Source: an uncultured Acidobacteriota bacterium (GTDB lineage Bacteria > Acidobacteriota > UBA6911 > RPQK01 > JAPXNP01). From it: 64,000 nucleotides of DNA. Below are positions 11,975 to 21,111 of the stretch, in pieces. The stretch spans positions 32,001-96,000 of the forward strand of contig CAVZRV010000027.1 in the NCBI GenBank assembly GCA_963777605.1, given 5' to 3'. Positions within the stretch are counted from its first letter, which is position 1; every line of letters starts with the position of its first letter. The notes beneath the pieces were generated by a model. The model did no database searches, was not told the DNA's origin, and saw nothing but the letters and a program-made list of their open reading frames with translations. Position numbers and translations under genes: made by a program.

Positions 11975-12009
11975 TCCTTCGTCACTGCTGGTGTCGTATC
12001 ACAGAGCAC

Positions 12010-12834
12010 CTAAACAAAGATGCCTGCCAGTAGCACGAGCACGAGGGTGGCCAGCGCGAAGATTACCGAAACCCATGCCTCAGGTACCCCTTTTCGAAGA
12101 AGGCGATGGGACAGGTGATCTTTTCCTCCCTGGAAGGGCGAAACGCCTCGGAAGATTCGAGTCAGAGATACGAAAAGTGTATCGACCAACGGCACACCGA
12201 GAACGAGCACCGGAATCCACCAGCGGTTCAAAGGCATACCATACAGGGGCAAAACAGCCAGAGCGAAGCCTACCAAATGGCTACCGCTATCCCCTAAATA
12301 AAGGCCGGCAGGTGGGCGATTGAAACACAGGAATGCCGCGAGCGCCCCGGCAAGCGGAACAAGTGCCCAGTCAGCACCTTGACCTAACCAGGTGAATCCA
12401 AGCGCAGCAACCAGGCCAACACTTGGCGCCAGACCATCCATGTTGTCGAGGAGGTTAAGTGAATTGGTCGTCCCAACTATCCAGAAATACCAGACCGGAA
12501 GAGCCCACCAGCCGATGACGAGGTAAAGGTCTCCTCCCCATGTACTGGTGGAAACAAAGGCGATAAAGAGCACTGCTGCCACAGACTGACCAGCGAACTT
12601 GGCGAGTGGGCTGAGTTTGACCAAATCATCAACTGCGCCCACCAGGAAGACCAGGGCCAAGGTGAACCAGAAAAGGCGGAGCGTGAATAGCGCACTCGGC
12701 CCATGGCCCCAAAAGACGCCCGCAAGCATGGCAATCAGAACAGCGTATCCCCCCAACCGAGGTGGGTTGGAGGGGTCTCTTCTCAAAAAAAAAGCCAGCA
12801 CGAGGCTGGCCCCAAAAGCGATCAAGAAGGCCAC
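12010..12834 (-). CDS. MraY/WecA family undecaprenyl-phosphate sugar-phosphate transferase
   Basis: VGAVDD, NSLNLLDNMDGLA, YLGDSGS, HLSHRL. Confidence 0.88.
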   Translation of the reverse strand: MAFLIAFGASLVLAFFLRRDPSNPPRLGGYAVLIAMLAGVFWGHGPSALFTLRLFWFTLALVFLVGAVDDLVKLSPLAKFAGQSVAAVLFIAFVSTSTWGGDLYLVIGWWALPVWYFWIVGTTNSLNLLDNMDGLAPSVGLVAALGFTWLGQGADWALVPLAGALAAFLCFNRPPAGLYLGDSGSHLVGFALAVLPLYGMPLNRWWIPVLVLGVPLVDTLFVSLTRIFRGVSPFQGGKDHLSHRLLRKGVPEAWVSVIFALATLVLVLLAGIFV

Positions 12835-12879
12835 GGGCCGTCATTATCAGGCCCCCGGCGCTTGCTAAGCAAGTATGGT

Positions 12880-13899
12880 CTACTTCACCGCCGTCGTCTT
12901 CGAGTGATCCGGGTCTTCCCTGTTCACCAGGCGTCGCCCGTTCGGTATCGATAACCCCGCTGCAAAGCCCGCCAGAAATGCCAGGTTGCCTCCCAGAATG
13001 AAGATTGGGGATCGCAATCCCAGCCATACCGAGCGGCGGAATGCCTCAATCAGGGTCACCCGGGAGAAGGATAGTGAAAGAAGTAAAAGGATAACGCCCA
13101 CCCACCATTTCAACAGCAAGCCCAAGGGTGCCAGCCCAAGTGCGACCAACTGGAGCCTGCGCGACGGGGGAGTGCTCGAGTCCGAGAGGGCCTTTCCCGA
13201 GTAGCGGCGGTAGAGGCGAGGCGCAAATCGGCCGTATAGGAATCGCCGCTTCAGGTGATGGGACAGTGACTCAGGATGGCGATGCTCCACGACTGCATCT
13301 GAAACGTAGCGCATCCGGATCCCTTCCGATGCGAGCCGGAACGAGAGTTCCAGGTCCTCCAGTTTCCCGAATCCTTCATCAAAGGGGTCCTCGGGAAGGG
13401 CGTCCTTCCGGAAGGCACAGGTCGCGGTATTGACGAAGTCCGTGTCCGGGAACCGCTCCATCCGCTCGTAGCGACGGTCCAGTTCGATCTGGATCATCCG
13501 GGCGACCCAGTTCCCCTGCCCCGACACAAACCGGCCCACCGTTCCCTGGCAGTCGGAGTCGTCGCTGCCGGTTTGCCGATGCCGGACAGCCAGGGGCAGG
13601 GCCATCTGCTCGATCCAGCCCGGCCCCGGTACACAGTCCGCGTCGAGAAAGAGGATCCTCCCTCCGGATGACTCCCTCAATCCCCGGTTTCGAGCCGCCG
13701 ACGCACCTCGCCCGTCGATCTGAACCAGGCGGACCGGAAACCGACGCGCGATCGCGGCAGTGTCGTCCGACGAGCCGTCATCGACAACGATGACCTCGAA
13801 ACGGGTCGTGTCGACGGTCTGCCGAGACAGTCCGTCCAGGCACGCACCCAGCGTCCTCGCCCCGTTCCGAACCGGGATGATAACCGAGAAGTCGATCAA
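12880..13899 (-). CDS. glycosyltransferase family 2
   Basis: FSVIIPVRN, VVDDGSSD, ARNRG, FLDADC, EDLEL. TTG start at 13899 preferred; the ORF-track extension to 14283 is repeat-derived. Confidence 0.88.
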   Translation of the reverse strand: MIDFSVIIPVRNGARTLGACLDGLSRQTVDTTRFEVIVVDDGSSDDTAAIARRFPVRLVQIDGRGASAARNRGLRESSGGRILFLDADCVPGPGWIEQMALPLAVRHRQTGSDDSDCQGTVGRFVSGQGNWVARMIQIELDRRYERMERFPDTDFVNTATCAFRKDALPEDPFDEGFGKLEDLELSFRLASEGIRMRYVSDAVVEHRHPESLSHHLKRRFLYGRFAPRLYRRYSGKALSDSSTPPSRRLQLVALGLAPLGLLLKWWVGVILLLLSLSFSRVTLIEAFRRSVWLGLRSPIFILGGNLAFLAGFAAGLSIPNGRRLVNREDPDHSKTTAVK

Positions 13900-13934
13900 C
13901 AGGTTAGCCTTTGCATACTTTAGGGGCCTCACGG

Positions 13935-14070
13935 GGTTCCAGGTTCCAAGGTTCCGGGGTTCCGAGGTTCCAAGGTTCCGGGGTTCCGAGGTTCCGAGTT
14001 CCGAGGTTTCGGGTTCCGAGGTTTCGGGTTCCGAGGTTTCGAGGTTCCAAGGTTCCGGGGTTCCGAGGTT
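13935..14070. repeat. degenerate 7/8-mer tandem array (GGTTCCRR / GGTTTCG)
   Basis: ggttccaa ggttccgg ggttccga ... repeated. Confidence 0.95.
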
Positions 14071-14093
14071 TCGGCGGTGGCGCGGTTTGGTGC

Positions 14094-14141
14094 CGGACAC
14101 AGAGCCGGGGGTAAGGCGAAGCCGCGGCCCCGGGTTCCCGG
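14094..14141 (-). repeat. dispersed hairpin repeat family B (partial inverted copy)
   Basis: reverse complement matches 20516-20576 and 58049-58109. Confidence 0.85.
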
Positions 14142-14156
14142 CACGGTGCCCAGCGC

Positions 14157-14254
14157 GGAATCGGGAATCGGGAATCGGGAATCGGGAATCGGGAATCGGG
14201 AATCGGGAATCGGGAATCGGGAATCGGGAATCGGGAATCGGGAATCGGGAATCG
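14157..14254. repeat. perfect heptamer tandem repeat (GGAATCG)14
   Basis: counted directly: 98 bp. Confidence 0.98.
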
Positions 14255-14683
14255 GGTAGGAAGTGTCCCCGTTCCACGTTCATTGTTCAAGGGGAAAACC
14301 GCACAAATGGCGAAAACCCCCGCGCCGCCCCCGCAAAAACCTTCTGCCAGTGCGACAAGGGGCTCAAGGTTCCCAGTTCCATGTTCAAGCGGGGCACCGC
14401 ACAAAACCCGACCAACCCACGCGCCGAACGCAAACCCATTTCCTGCCCCGGCCAGCCACAAAACCCAAAGGCGCAACGTCATTTCCAGCCCTGGGCAGCG
14501 CCCAGGGAAACCCCGACACACCAAGAAGTCCCTGCGCTGAAAGCGCGACTCAACCCCTCCGCGCATCCTCCGCGTCGTCGCGCCATCACGGCTTGCCCAA
14601 CGGGTTCCGAGGTTTCTGGTTTCTGGTTTCTGGTTCCTTTGAGAGATGATCGCTGATTTTGGAGATCGGACGTTCTTTCGGTG

Positions 14684-14822
14684 TTCAGAACGCGAGTGAA
14701 GCGAGCGCGTCTCCAGGCCTCCATCCGCCGCCGATCCTGGATCTTGCCGCCCGCAGCCTCCGGCAGAACTCCCGGCGGTTAGAGCACGTCTGCAGCAGCG
14801 CTCGCTTCACTCGCGTTCTGAA
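14684..14822. repeat. REPIN-like doublet family A (25-bp perfect inverted repeat, 89-bp spacer)
   Basis: ttcagaacgcgagtgaagcgagcgc (14684-14708) and its exact reverse complement (14798-14822). Confidence 0.9.
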
Positions 14823-14887
14823 ATCCGCCTCCCCAGGATCCAGCCGGCCACTCCTTGCGGCGCACCAGGCCGGAACCCCGCGAACAC

Positions 14888-15075
14888 AGCCCGCCTCAGG
14901 CGGGCGGAATCGAGTAGCCCAGGACGAAGCAAAGCGGAGTCCTGGGTGCGCGCGGCCTGTCGCCAACCCAAGCCCCGCTCGCGGGGCGGAATGGAGTAGC
15001 CCAGGACAAAGCGAAGCGACGTCCTGGGTCTCCCGGCCGACCCCCAACCCAAGTCCCGCCCCGGCGGGACGACAG
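14888..15075. repeat. tandem BIME-like palindromic units (~82 bp period)
   Basis: two copies of gggcggaatNgagtagcccaggacRaagcRaagcg...tcctgggt alternating with GC hairpins. Confidence 0.75.
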
Positions 15076-15168
15076 GGCTAGGGTCAGGAGGCAGGAGACA
15101 GGAGACAGGAGACCGAGCTCCACTTACTCGAACCCCGGAACCTTACTGGTCGATCGCCCTGGCCCAAA

Positions 15169-15192
15169 GACAGGCGGGGACGCCTGTCCCAC
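15169..15192 (-). repeat. GTGG-type REP hairpin
   Basis: minus strand GTGGgacaggcgtccccgcctgtc, 15 nt after the dehydrogenase stop codon. Confidence 0.7.
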
Positions 15193-15207
15193 ATCGAGAC
15201 GCGCGCC

Positions 15208-16512
15208 CTAGAGTTTCACCACGTTCTCATGCCGCCCCTTGAACGCATCCCGGCTGTCGAAGATCAACTGGGCCGAGCGCTGGATCATGCCGTAATCGAC
15301 CCTGGAGTGATCGGTCACCAGCACCACGATGTCATACCCGGCAACGGCCTCCGCCGTCAGATCAATCGAGCGTTTCTGGATATCGACCGTCCCGTGATCC
15401 GAGCGCAGATTCGGGACATACGGATCGTGGTAGTCCACCTCCGCCCCGTCCGCCTCCAGCAGCCGAATGATGTCCATCGCCGGCGATTCCCTGGTGTCGC
15501 TGACATCGCGCTTATAGGCCACGCCCAGTACCAGGACCCTGGCCCCGTTGACCGCCTTGCGCTGCCGGTTCAAGGCTTTGGCTACCTTCCCTACACAGTA
15601 CTCCGGCATCTCCGTGTTGATCTCGCTCGCCAGTTCAATGAACCGGGCGTTGTAGTTCAGTGACTTCAGCTTCCACGACAGGTAGAGCGGATCGATCGGG
15701 ATGCAGTGTCCGCCCAGTCCCGGCCCCGGATAGAAGGGCATGAAGCCGAACGGTTTCGTCGAGGCCGCCCCGATCACTTCCCAGACCGAGATCCCCAGCT
15801 TGTCGCACATCACCGCCACTTCGTTGACCAGCCCGATGTTGACCACCCGGAACGTGTTCTCGAGCAACTTCACCATCTCGGCCGCCTGCGTACAGGAGAC
15901 CGGGACCACCCGGTCGATCACCTGTTCGTAGAGAAACTGCACGATCGCCGTGCACTCGGGCGTTACGCCCCCGATCACCTTCGGCGTGTTCTTGGTGTTG
16001 AAAACGGCGTTTCCGGGATCGACCCGCTCGGGGGAGAAGGCGATGAAGACGTCCTTGCCGACCTCGAAACCGGCCGCCTCGATCTCGGTCCGCACGATCT
16101 CGTCGGTGGTCCCGGGATAGGTGGTGCTTTCGAGCACGACCAGCATGTCCTTGTGGAGGTGGGGCAGGACTCCCTGGACGGCCTGGGTGACGTAGCTGAT
16201 GTCCGGGTCGCGGGTCTTCTTCAACGGCGTGGGGACACAGATGCTCACGCAATCGACCGAGGACATGAAGTCATAAGTGGTGTAGGCTTTGAACTTGCCG
16301 GTCGCCACCCCGCCGGCGACCGCCGAGTCGGGCACGTCGAGGACGTGCGAGCGTCCGGCGTTTAACCCATCCACCTTCTCTTTCAACACGTCAACGCCGT
16401 GCACCTCGAACCCGGCCCGAATGAACTCCATGGCCAGCGGCAACCCAACGTAGCCGAGCCCGACAATCCCGATCTTCGCTTCCCGTTTTGCAATCTTCTG
16501 TTTCAGTGACAT
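15208..16512 (-). CDS. nucleotide-sugar dehydrogenase (UDP-GlcNAc 6-dehydrogenase, WbpA-like)
   Basis: GLGYVGLP, CVPTP, ESTTYPGTT, FSPERVDPGN, KLLENTFR, GGHCIPIDP. Confidence 0.92.
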   Translation of the reverse strand: MSLKQKIAKREAKIGIVGLGYVGLPLAMEFIRAGFEVHGVDVLKEKVDGLNAGRSHVLDVPDSAVAGGVATGKFKAYTTYDFMSSVDCVSICVPTPLKKTRDPDISYVTQAVQGVLPHLHKDMLVVLESTTYPGTTDEIVRTEIEAAGFEVGKDVFIAFSPERVDPGNAVFNTKNTPKVIGGVTPECTAIVQFLYEQVIDRVVPVSCTQAAEMVKLLENTFRVVNIGLVNEVAVMCDKLGISVWEVIGAASTKPFGFMPFYPGPGLGGHCIPIDPLYLSWKLKSLNYNARFIELASEINTEMPEYCVGKVAKALNRQRKAVNGARVLVLGVAYKRDVSDTRESPAMDIIRLLEADGAEVDYHDPYVPNLRSDHGTVDIQKRSIDLTAEAVAGYDIVVLVTDHSRVDYGMIQRSAQLIFDSRDAFKGRHENVVKL

Positions 16513-16701
16513 GTCCTGTTTCGTTCCTGGTTTCTGGTTCCTGGTTGAACGTGACCAACGACCTCAGCGAAACCCCCGCGCCACCGCGCCTCTGCGGTTG
16601 ATCCACCTGAAATGTTAAGGGTTTCGGGTTTCCGGTGGAAGGAATCGGGGAAAGGGAATCCGGAACCCGATATCCCAGCACTTAAAAACCTCGAAACTCG
16701 C

Positions 16702-17649
16702 CTAAACTCTCTCTCTCAAGTCGAGGAAATGCTGCACCGTCCGAGCAAGCCCGTCCCGAAAGCCGGTCTGAGCCCGAAAACCCATCACTTCCTCCGCCCG
16801 TGATACGTCGGCCAGGCTGTGCCGCACGTCCCCGCTCCGGGCTTCACGATACTCCGGGCGAAAATCCGTCTTCAAAACCACATTTAAGATCGACACCAAC
16901 TCATTCAGACTGTAGCATTTCCCAAGGCCAATGTTCAGTACGCTTCCAGCCGGGGCGCAATCGGCGGCTGTAAGGTTGGCATGGACGATATTCCCCACGT
17001 AGACGAAGTCTCTCGTCTGCTCTCCATCCCCGAAAATGATCGGGGCGCGCCCGTCGATCATTCGGGTGATGAACTTGGGAATCACGGCGGCGTAGTCCGA
17101 CGCCGGGTCCTGTCGCGGACCAAAGACATTGAAGTACCGCAGGGCCACGACCGGGAATGAATACAGGTCCCGGAAAAGCCGCGCGTAGACTTCGTCCATG
17201 TACTTGGAAGCGGCGTAAGGGGACTTGGGAGCGGGCACCATCGACTCCCGCTTCGGCAATTCAGGATCATCTCCGTAGATGGCGCAAGTCGAAGCGAAAA
17301 CCACCTTCTCGACACCGGCCCGACGAGCCGCCTCGAGCACGTTCAGAGTACCGGTGACGTTGATGTCATGGCACAACTGCGGTTCCTCCACCGACTTCTG
17401 AACCGAAACCATCGCCGCCTGATGGAAGACTCTCCTCGCGCCTTCGAAGGCCGGGACAAGCGCAGCACGATCCCGGATGTCCGCCTGGACGAACTCGAAC
17501 CGTCCGCCATGATCACGATCCAATCCCTCGAGGTTCTCCAGTTTTCCAGTGCTCAGGTTGTCAATCACCCGGACGCTCCGCCCCGCCTCCAGCAACCCCC
17601 GCACCAGATGCCCCCCAATAAACCCAGCCCCCCCAGTAACTATATCCAC
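16702..17649 (-). CDS. NAD-dependent epimerase (UDP-GlcNAc 4-epimerase, WbpP-like)
   Basis: TGGAGFIG, HQAA, YAASK, LRYFNVFGPRQDP. Confidence 0.9.
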   Translation of the reverse strand: MDIVTGGAGFIGGHLVRGLLEAGRSVRVIDNLSTGKLENLEGLDRDHGGRFEFVQADIRDRAALVPAFEGARRVFHQAAMVSVQKSVEEPQLCHDINVTGTLNVLEAARRAGVEKVVFASTCAIYGDDPELPKRESMVPAPKSPYAASKYMDEVYARLFRDLYSFPVVALRYFNVFGPRQDPASDYAAVIPKFITRMIDGRAPIIFGDGEQTRDFVYVGNIVHANLTAADCAPAGSVLNIGLGKCYSLNELVSILNVVLKTDFRPEYREARSGDVRHSLADVSRAEEVMGFRAQTGFRDGLARTVQHFLDLRERV

Positions 17650-17679
17650 GACTATTCCTAGGTTGTGTGGTTGAGGGAT

Positions 17680-18230
17680 CTCAACGCAAAGGCGCTAAGA
17701 TCGCTAAGATTTCCTTTGTTTCTTTCTCTCGACGCAAGTTCCCTCGACAATTTCACAAGCTCGCACGTTATTAGATAACGATGAGCAAAGCACAACAAAT
17801 CGAATCTATTGCAGCCGAAATTGTCGATGCAGCCGTTAAAGTCCATCGCCAACTCGGACCAGGTCTCCTGGAGTCAGCTTACCGGAGATGCCATTCGTAC
17901 GAGTTGCGGAAGAGAGGACTGAAGCTTCGTCCAGAAATCAGACTGCCTATAAAGTACGATGGAATCACACTGGATGCGGGTTACCGGATAGATGCCTGGG
18001 TCGAAGGACTGGTAATCATCGAACACAAGACTGTCAGGCGCCTCCTGCCTATTCACGAAGCTCAGTTGCTGACCTACCTCCGCCTCACGGGATGTACGCT
18101 TGGCTTTCTGCTCAACTGGTACACCGTCCGAATGAAACAAGGCATCAAGCGGATGGTACTGAACCACCCAGAAGATACCCATTTCAAACAAACTATAGAA
18201 CCTTAGCGTCCTTCGCGCCTTCGCGTTGAG
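17680..18230 (+). mobile_element. GxxExxY gene cassette bounded by 29-bp imperfect inverted repeats
   Basis: left arm ctcaacgcaaaggcgctaagatcgctaag versus reverse complement of right arm ctcaacgcgaaggcgcgaaggacgctaag (25/29 identical). Mobility is inferred. Confidence 0.55.
17781..18206 (+). CDS. GxxExxY protein (PD-(D/E)XK nuclease-like)
   Basis: VHRQLGPGLLESAY, YRID...IIEHK, HEAQLLTYLRL. Confidence 0.93.
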   Translation: MSKAQQIESIAAEIVDAAVKVHRQLGPGLLESAYRRCHSYELRKRGLKLRPEIRLPIKYDGITLDAGYRIDAWVEGLVIIEHKTVRRLLPIHEAQLLTYLRLTGCTLGFLLNWYTVRMKQGIKRMVLNHPEDTHFKQTIEP

Positions 18231-19647
18231 AATCCACGCTGGGGACGGAGAGGAATCCGAGGTAGACTCCGCCCACCAGGGCGATGGCGAGGCTCGGGTA
18301 GGGGTAGTCACCGACGAAGGAGATTGCGACGAGCGAGAGCAGCACCCAGGTGAGCATCACTTCGAAGACCCGCCAGCGACCGAGATCGACTTCTCCGAAC
18401 TCCAGTCTGAACGTTGCCACAGCCAGGGTCACTGCCGCCCACCAGAAACTGCCGAGTTTGGCTCCCAGGGGAATGGCATCGGTCATCATATAGGTCAACT
18501 GAGCCAGCAGGCCGGCTCCCACTCCCAGTGCGAGGGCCCGCCGAAACGACGAACCCGTCCGGCGCCCCGAAAGCCAGAGCATCCGACCGATGGCGGTCAG
18601 GATCCCCGCATAGGCCACCAGCCCCGGAATCCCGAGGTCCAGGGCGGTTTGCAGGAACTGGTTGTGCGCGCTCGCAATATCCGTATCCGGGGAGATGAGG
18701 AAGAGGGGATAAAGGACGTGGACCACCTTCCGGAAGGCATTCATCCCCATCCCGGTAAAGGGAAAATCCTGAATCCCGTAAACCGCCCGGTTCCAGATCT
18801 CCATCCGCGCCGCCAGTCCGATCTCACCGGCGCCCGATTCCACCACCTCGCCGACGGCCTCCTGGTTCCAGGGCGCCCACACCAGCAACCCGACGACGGC
18901 GAGCACCACTACTCCGAGGGCGGCCCATCGAAGCCAGCGGTACCGGATAACCAGCAGCAACCCGATCGACACCATAAAGCCGGCCCAGGCACTGCGGGAC
19001 TGGGTCAGGACCAGAACCCCCAAAGCCCCCGAGCCACCCGCGAGCAGGACCCACCCGAGGGCGCGGCCCCACCGCTCCCCGACGATCTGCCTCGTCAACA
19101 TCCAGCCCAGCACTCCGATCAGGGGCAGAAACAGGACCAGGGAGCCACCCACCGGGTTGGCATTGAGTGCGCCTTCGGGCACAGGAACCGGAAGCCGGGG
19201 CGGCAGATACGGGATAACCGCCCGCACCAGCGGCAATTTCGCGGAGAAGGGGGTGATCAGAAAGCCGAGCAGCGCAAAACCGAGTCCGCCAAGACAGAAG
19301 AGCCCGGTCGCAATCCAGAGTCGACGGTCCCGATCCAGCCACTGAATGGCGGCCAGGAGCGCAAATACCCCCAGCAGCGTCCCCGCAATCTTCCCCAGGC
19401 TGAACGAGACATCGAACGTCGCCCAGACACTGACCCCAACCATGATCAGCAGGGCCAGCAACAACGGATTCAGGAGATTCGGCTCAACAAAGTGCCGCCG
19501 GACCACAAACCCGGCGACCCAAACCAGCGGCACAGCCAAAACCACGGGCATCCAGGGCAACCGCGGGAAAAGCAACAGCGGCGCGAGAATCGCCACTACT
19601 CCCAGGTGTACCCAACTGTGTAAACTCGCTGCCCGACCCAGGTTCAT
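18193..19647 (-). CDS. O-antigen ligase family protein
   Basis: LNANPVGG, TQSRSAW, RMEIW, PFTGMG, AHNQFLQTALDLGIPG. Confidence 0.85.
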   Translation of the reverse strand: MNLGRAASLHSWVHLGVVAILAPLLLFPRLPWMPVVLAVPLVWVAGFVVRRHFVEPNLLNPLLLALLIMVGVSVWATFDVSFSLGKIAGTLLGVFALLAAIQWLDRDRRLWIATGLFCLGGLGFALLGFLITPFSAKLPLVRAVIPYLPPRLPVPVPEGALNANPVGGSLVLFLPLIGVLGWMLTRQIVGERWGRALGWVLLAGGSGALGVLVLTQSRSAWAGFMVSIGLLLVIRYRWLRWAALGVVVLAVVGLLVWAPWNQEAVGEVVESGAGEIGLAARMEIWNRAVYGIQDFPFTGMGMNAFRKVVHVLYPLFLISPDTDIASAHNQFLQTALDLGIPGLVAYAGILTAIGRMLWLSGRRTGSSFRRALALGVGAGLLAQLTYMMTDAIPLGAKLGSFWWAAVTLAVATFRLEFGEVDLGRWRVFEVMLTWVLLSLVAISFVGDYPYPSLAIALVGGVYLGFLSVPSVDSQREGAKDAKVL

Positions 19648-19804
19648 TTTCGATTTACGAGGTTCGATTTACGATTGATCAGGAAGGAATCGGGGAGCGA
19701 GAAGCGGGAATCGAGAACAGGCTCAGGACCCATGGAGTCCCAATCTGCCCCACAACTGCGTCTGTCGCCCCCAATTCCAAATCACCAATCGAAAATCGTA
19801 AATC

Positions 19805-20161
19805 TCAAGCCCCGAGCCCCAGTTTCCCGGCCACATCGTCAAGGCGACGGTCCAGGCTCCAGATCCCCAGGGTGCAAATTAGCGCTGAGGCAAGCAGGTG
19901 CATATCCACCCAGCCCAACCCTTGCCCCATCAACCGCCGACGTTCGATCATTTCGAGCACCTCGGCATCCCCGACCCGCGCTGCTTCGGGCAACGCCGTC
20001 AGAAGATGCAGGATCTCATCCCGATTCTTCAGGTTCCCGCAAGCCAGTTCGCCGATCACAAAGGAATGGACGGCCACCCGCTCTTCATCGAGCAACAAAG
20101 CCAGCTTCGGCAGGCCCGAGCGCAGGTGCTCGACCCAGACCGAGGTATCCACGAGAATCAC
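19805..20161 (-). CDS. vapC: VapC PIN-domain toxin
   Basis: ILVDTSVWVEHLR, VIGELACG, GWVDMHLLAS, WSLDRRL; GTG start at 20161. Confidence 0.9.
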   Translation of the reverse strand: MILVDTSVWVEHLRSGLPKLALLLDEERVAVHSFVIGELACGNLKNRDEILHLLTALPEAARVGDAEVLEMIERRRLMGQGLGWVDMHLLASALICTLGIWSLDRRLDDVAGKLGLGA

Positions 20162-20165
20162 GCCT

Positions 20166-20354
20166 TCAAGATCTCCGTCGTGGGATAGCCTCGAGTCCCG
20201 GTTCGCTCCCGCCAAGCCGTCTCAGTCGCCGCCCGCTCTCCCGGGCAATCAGAGCCTTCAAGCCCTCATGAATGAGCTTCGTCTTCTCTTCTATCCCACT
20301 CAACCGCGCCGCCTCGCTGATCAGTCGATCATCCAGATTCAACGTCGTCCGCAT
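20166..20354 (-). CDS. vapB: VapB antitoxin
   Basis: MRTTLNLDDRLISEA...KTKLIHEGLKALI...LGGS, directly upstream of vapC. Confidence 0.88.
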   Translation of the reverse strand: MRTTLNLDDRLISEAARLSGIEEKTKLIHEGLKALIARESGRRLRRLGGSEPGLEAIPRRRS

Positions 20355-20515
20355 CTGCATCAGTATGCACTCTACATGCAGACTCAGTCAACATGCGCAT
20401 CCCCGGCAAGCCGATCCCCCTCCGCGTCTTGGCGTTGCAATTCGAAGTCTCCAGATTGAAGGTTCAGGTTAGCTGGGCCCCCGGCGGCGCCGGACCATTC
20501 AAAGAGTGAAACTGG

Positions 20516-20576
20516 GTCCGCGAACCCGGGGGCGCGGCTTCGCCTTACCCCCGGCTCTGTGTCCGTGCCATTCCAC
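20516..20576 (+). repeat. dispersed hairpin repeat family B
   Basis: 61 bp identical to 58049-58109, with similarity extending to ~130 bp. Confidence 0.92.
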
Positions 20577-20699
20577 GTTTCAAATGGACCCAGGGTCCAA
20601 GCTTCAGGTGAAGGTTCAAGTCAGCCTGGCCGCCGCGCTCCCCGCGGATCATTCAGAACGTGAAAATGGACCTGGCAGAGCGTGAAAATGGACCTGGCG

Positions 20700-20900
20700 C
20701 AAGGCGCCTTGGTTTCAGCCCAGGGCTTGCCCTGGGTCTGTGGTGGCCGGGCACTTCGATTGCGGCCTGTAAGGTCGCACCCCGGATTCACTTCGTCCGA
20801 AGCGGTGTTCAGCCCCTTCAGGGCTGGATTCTTGATGGGTGGACCGTGAACCCAGGCAAATGCCTGGGCTGGAAACAGGCCCCCTTCAGGGGCCCGCCCG
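20700..20900. repeat. cluster of REP-like palindromes (cccaggg..ccctggg; gccccttcagggc)
   Basis: the same hairpin types recur at 14485-14547, 48131-48225 and 48895-48957. Confidence 0.7.
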
Positions 20901-21111
20901 GCGCCGATCCCGTGATCATCACTCATCCACGTCTGGCACCGGACCAGGAACCAGGATCCAGCCGAGAGCCACGGCTTCTGAGTTCTGCCGATAGCCCGAA
21001 TCTCCGTCCAGACGCGTCCAAATCATCCAGGATTTCCAGTTCATCCAGATTGAAGGTTCAAGCTTAGCCGGGCAATCGGCTTCGGCCACGAGACAAGCAG
21101 AGATGCTTATC

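Noticed and set aside
13760-15123. ORFs with RFPIPDS / GIGNRES / VPRF repeats
   Set aside because: Translations of non-coding tandem repeats that lack stop codons; no RBS or recognisable domain
13920-15200. Possible CRISPR array
   Set aside because: No constant repeat alternating with unique, equal-length spacers, and no cas genes
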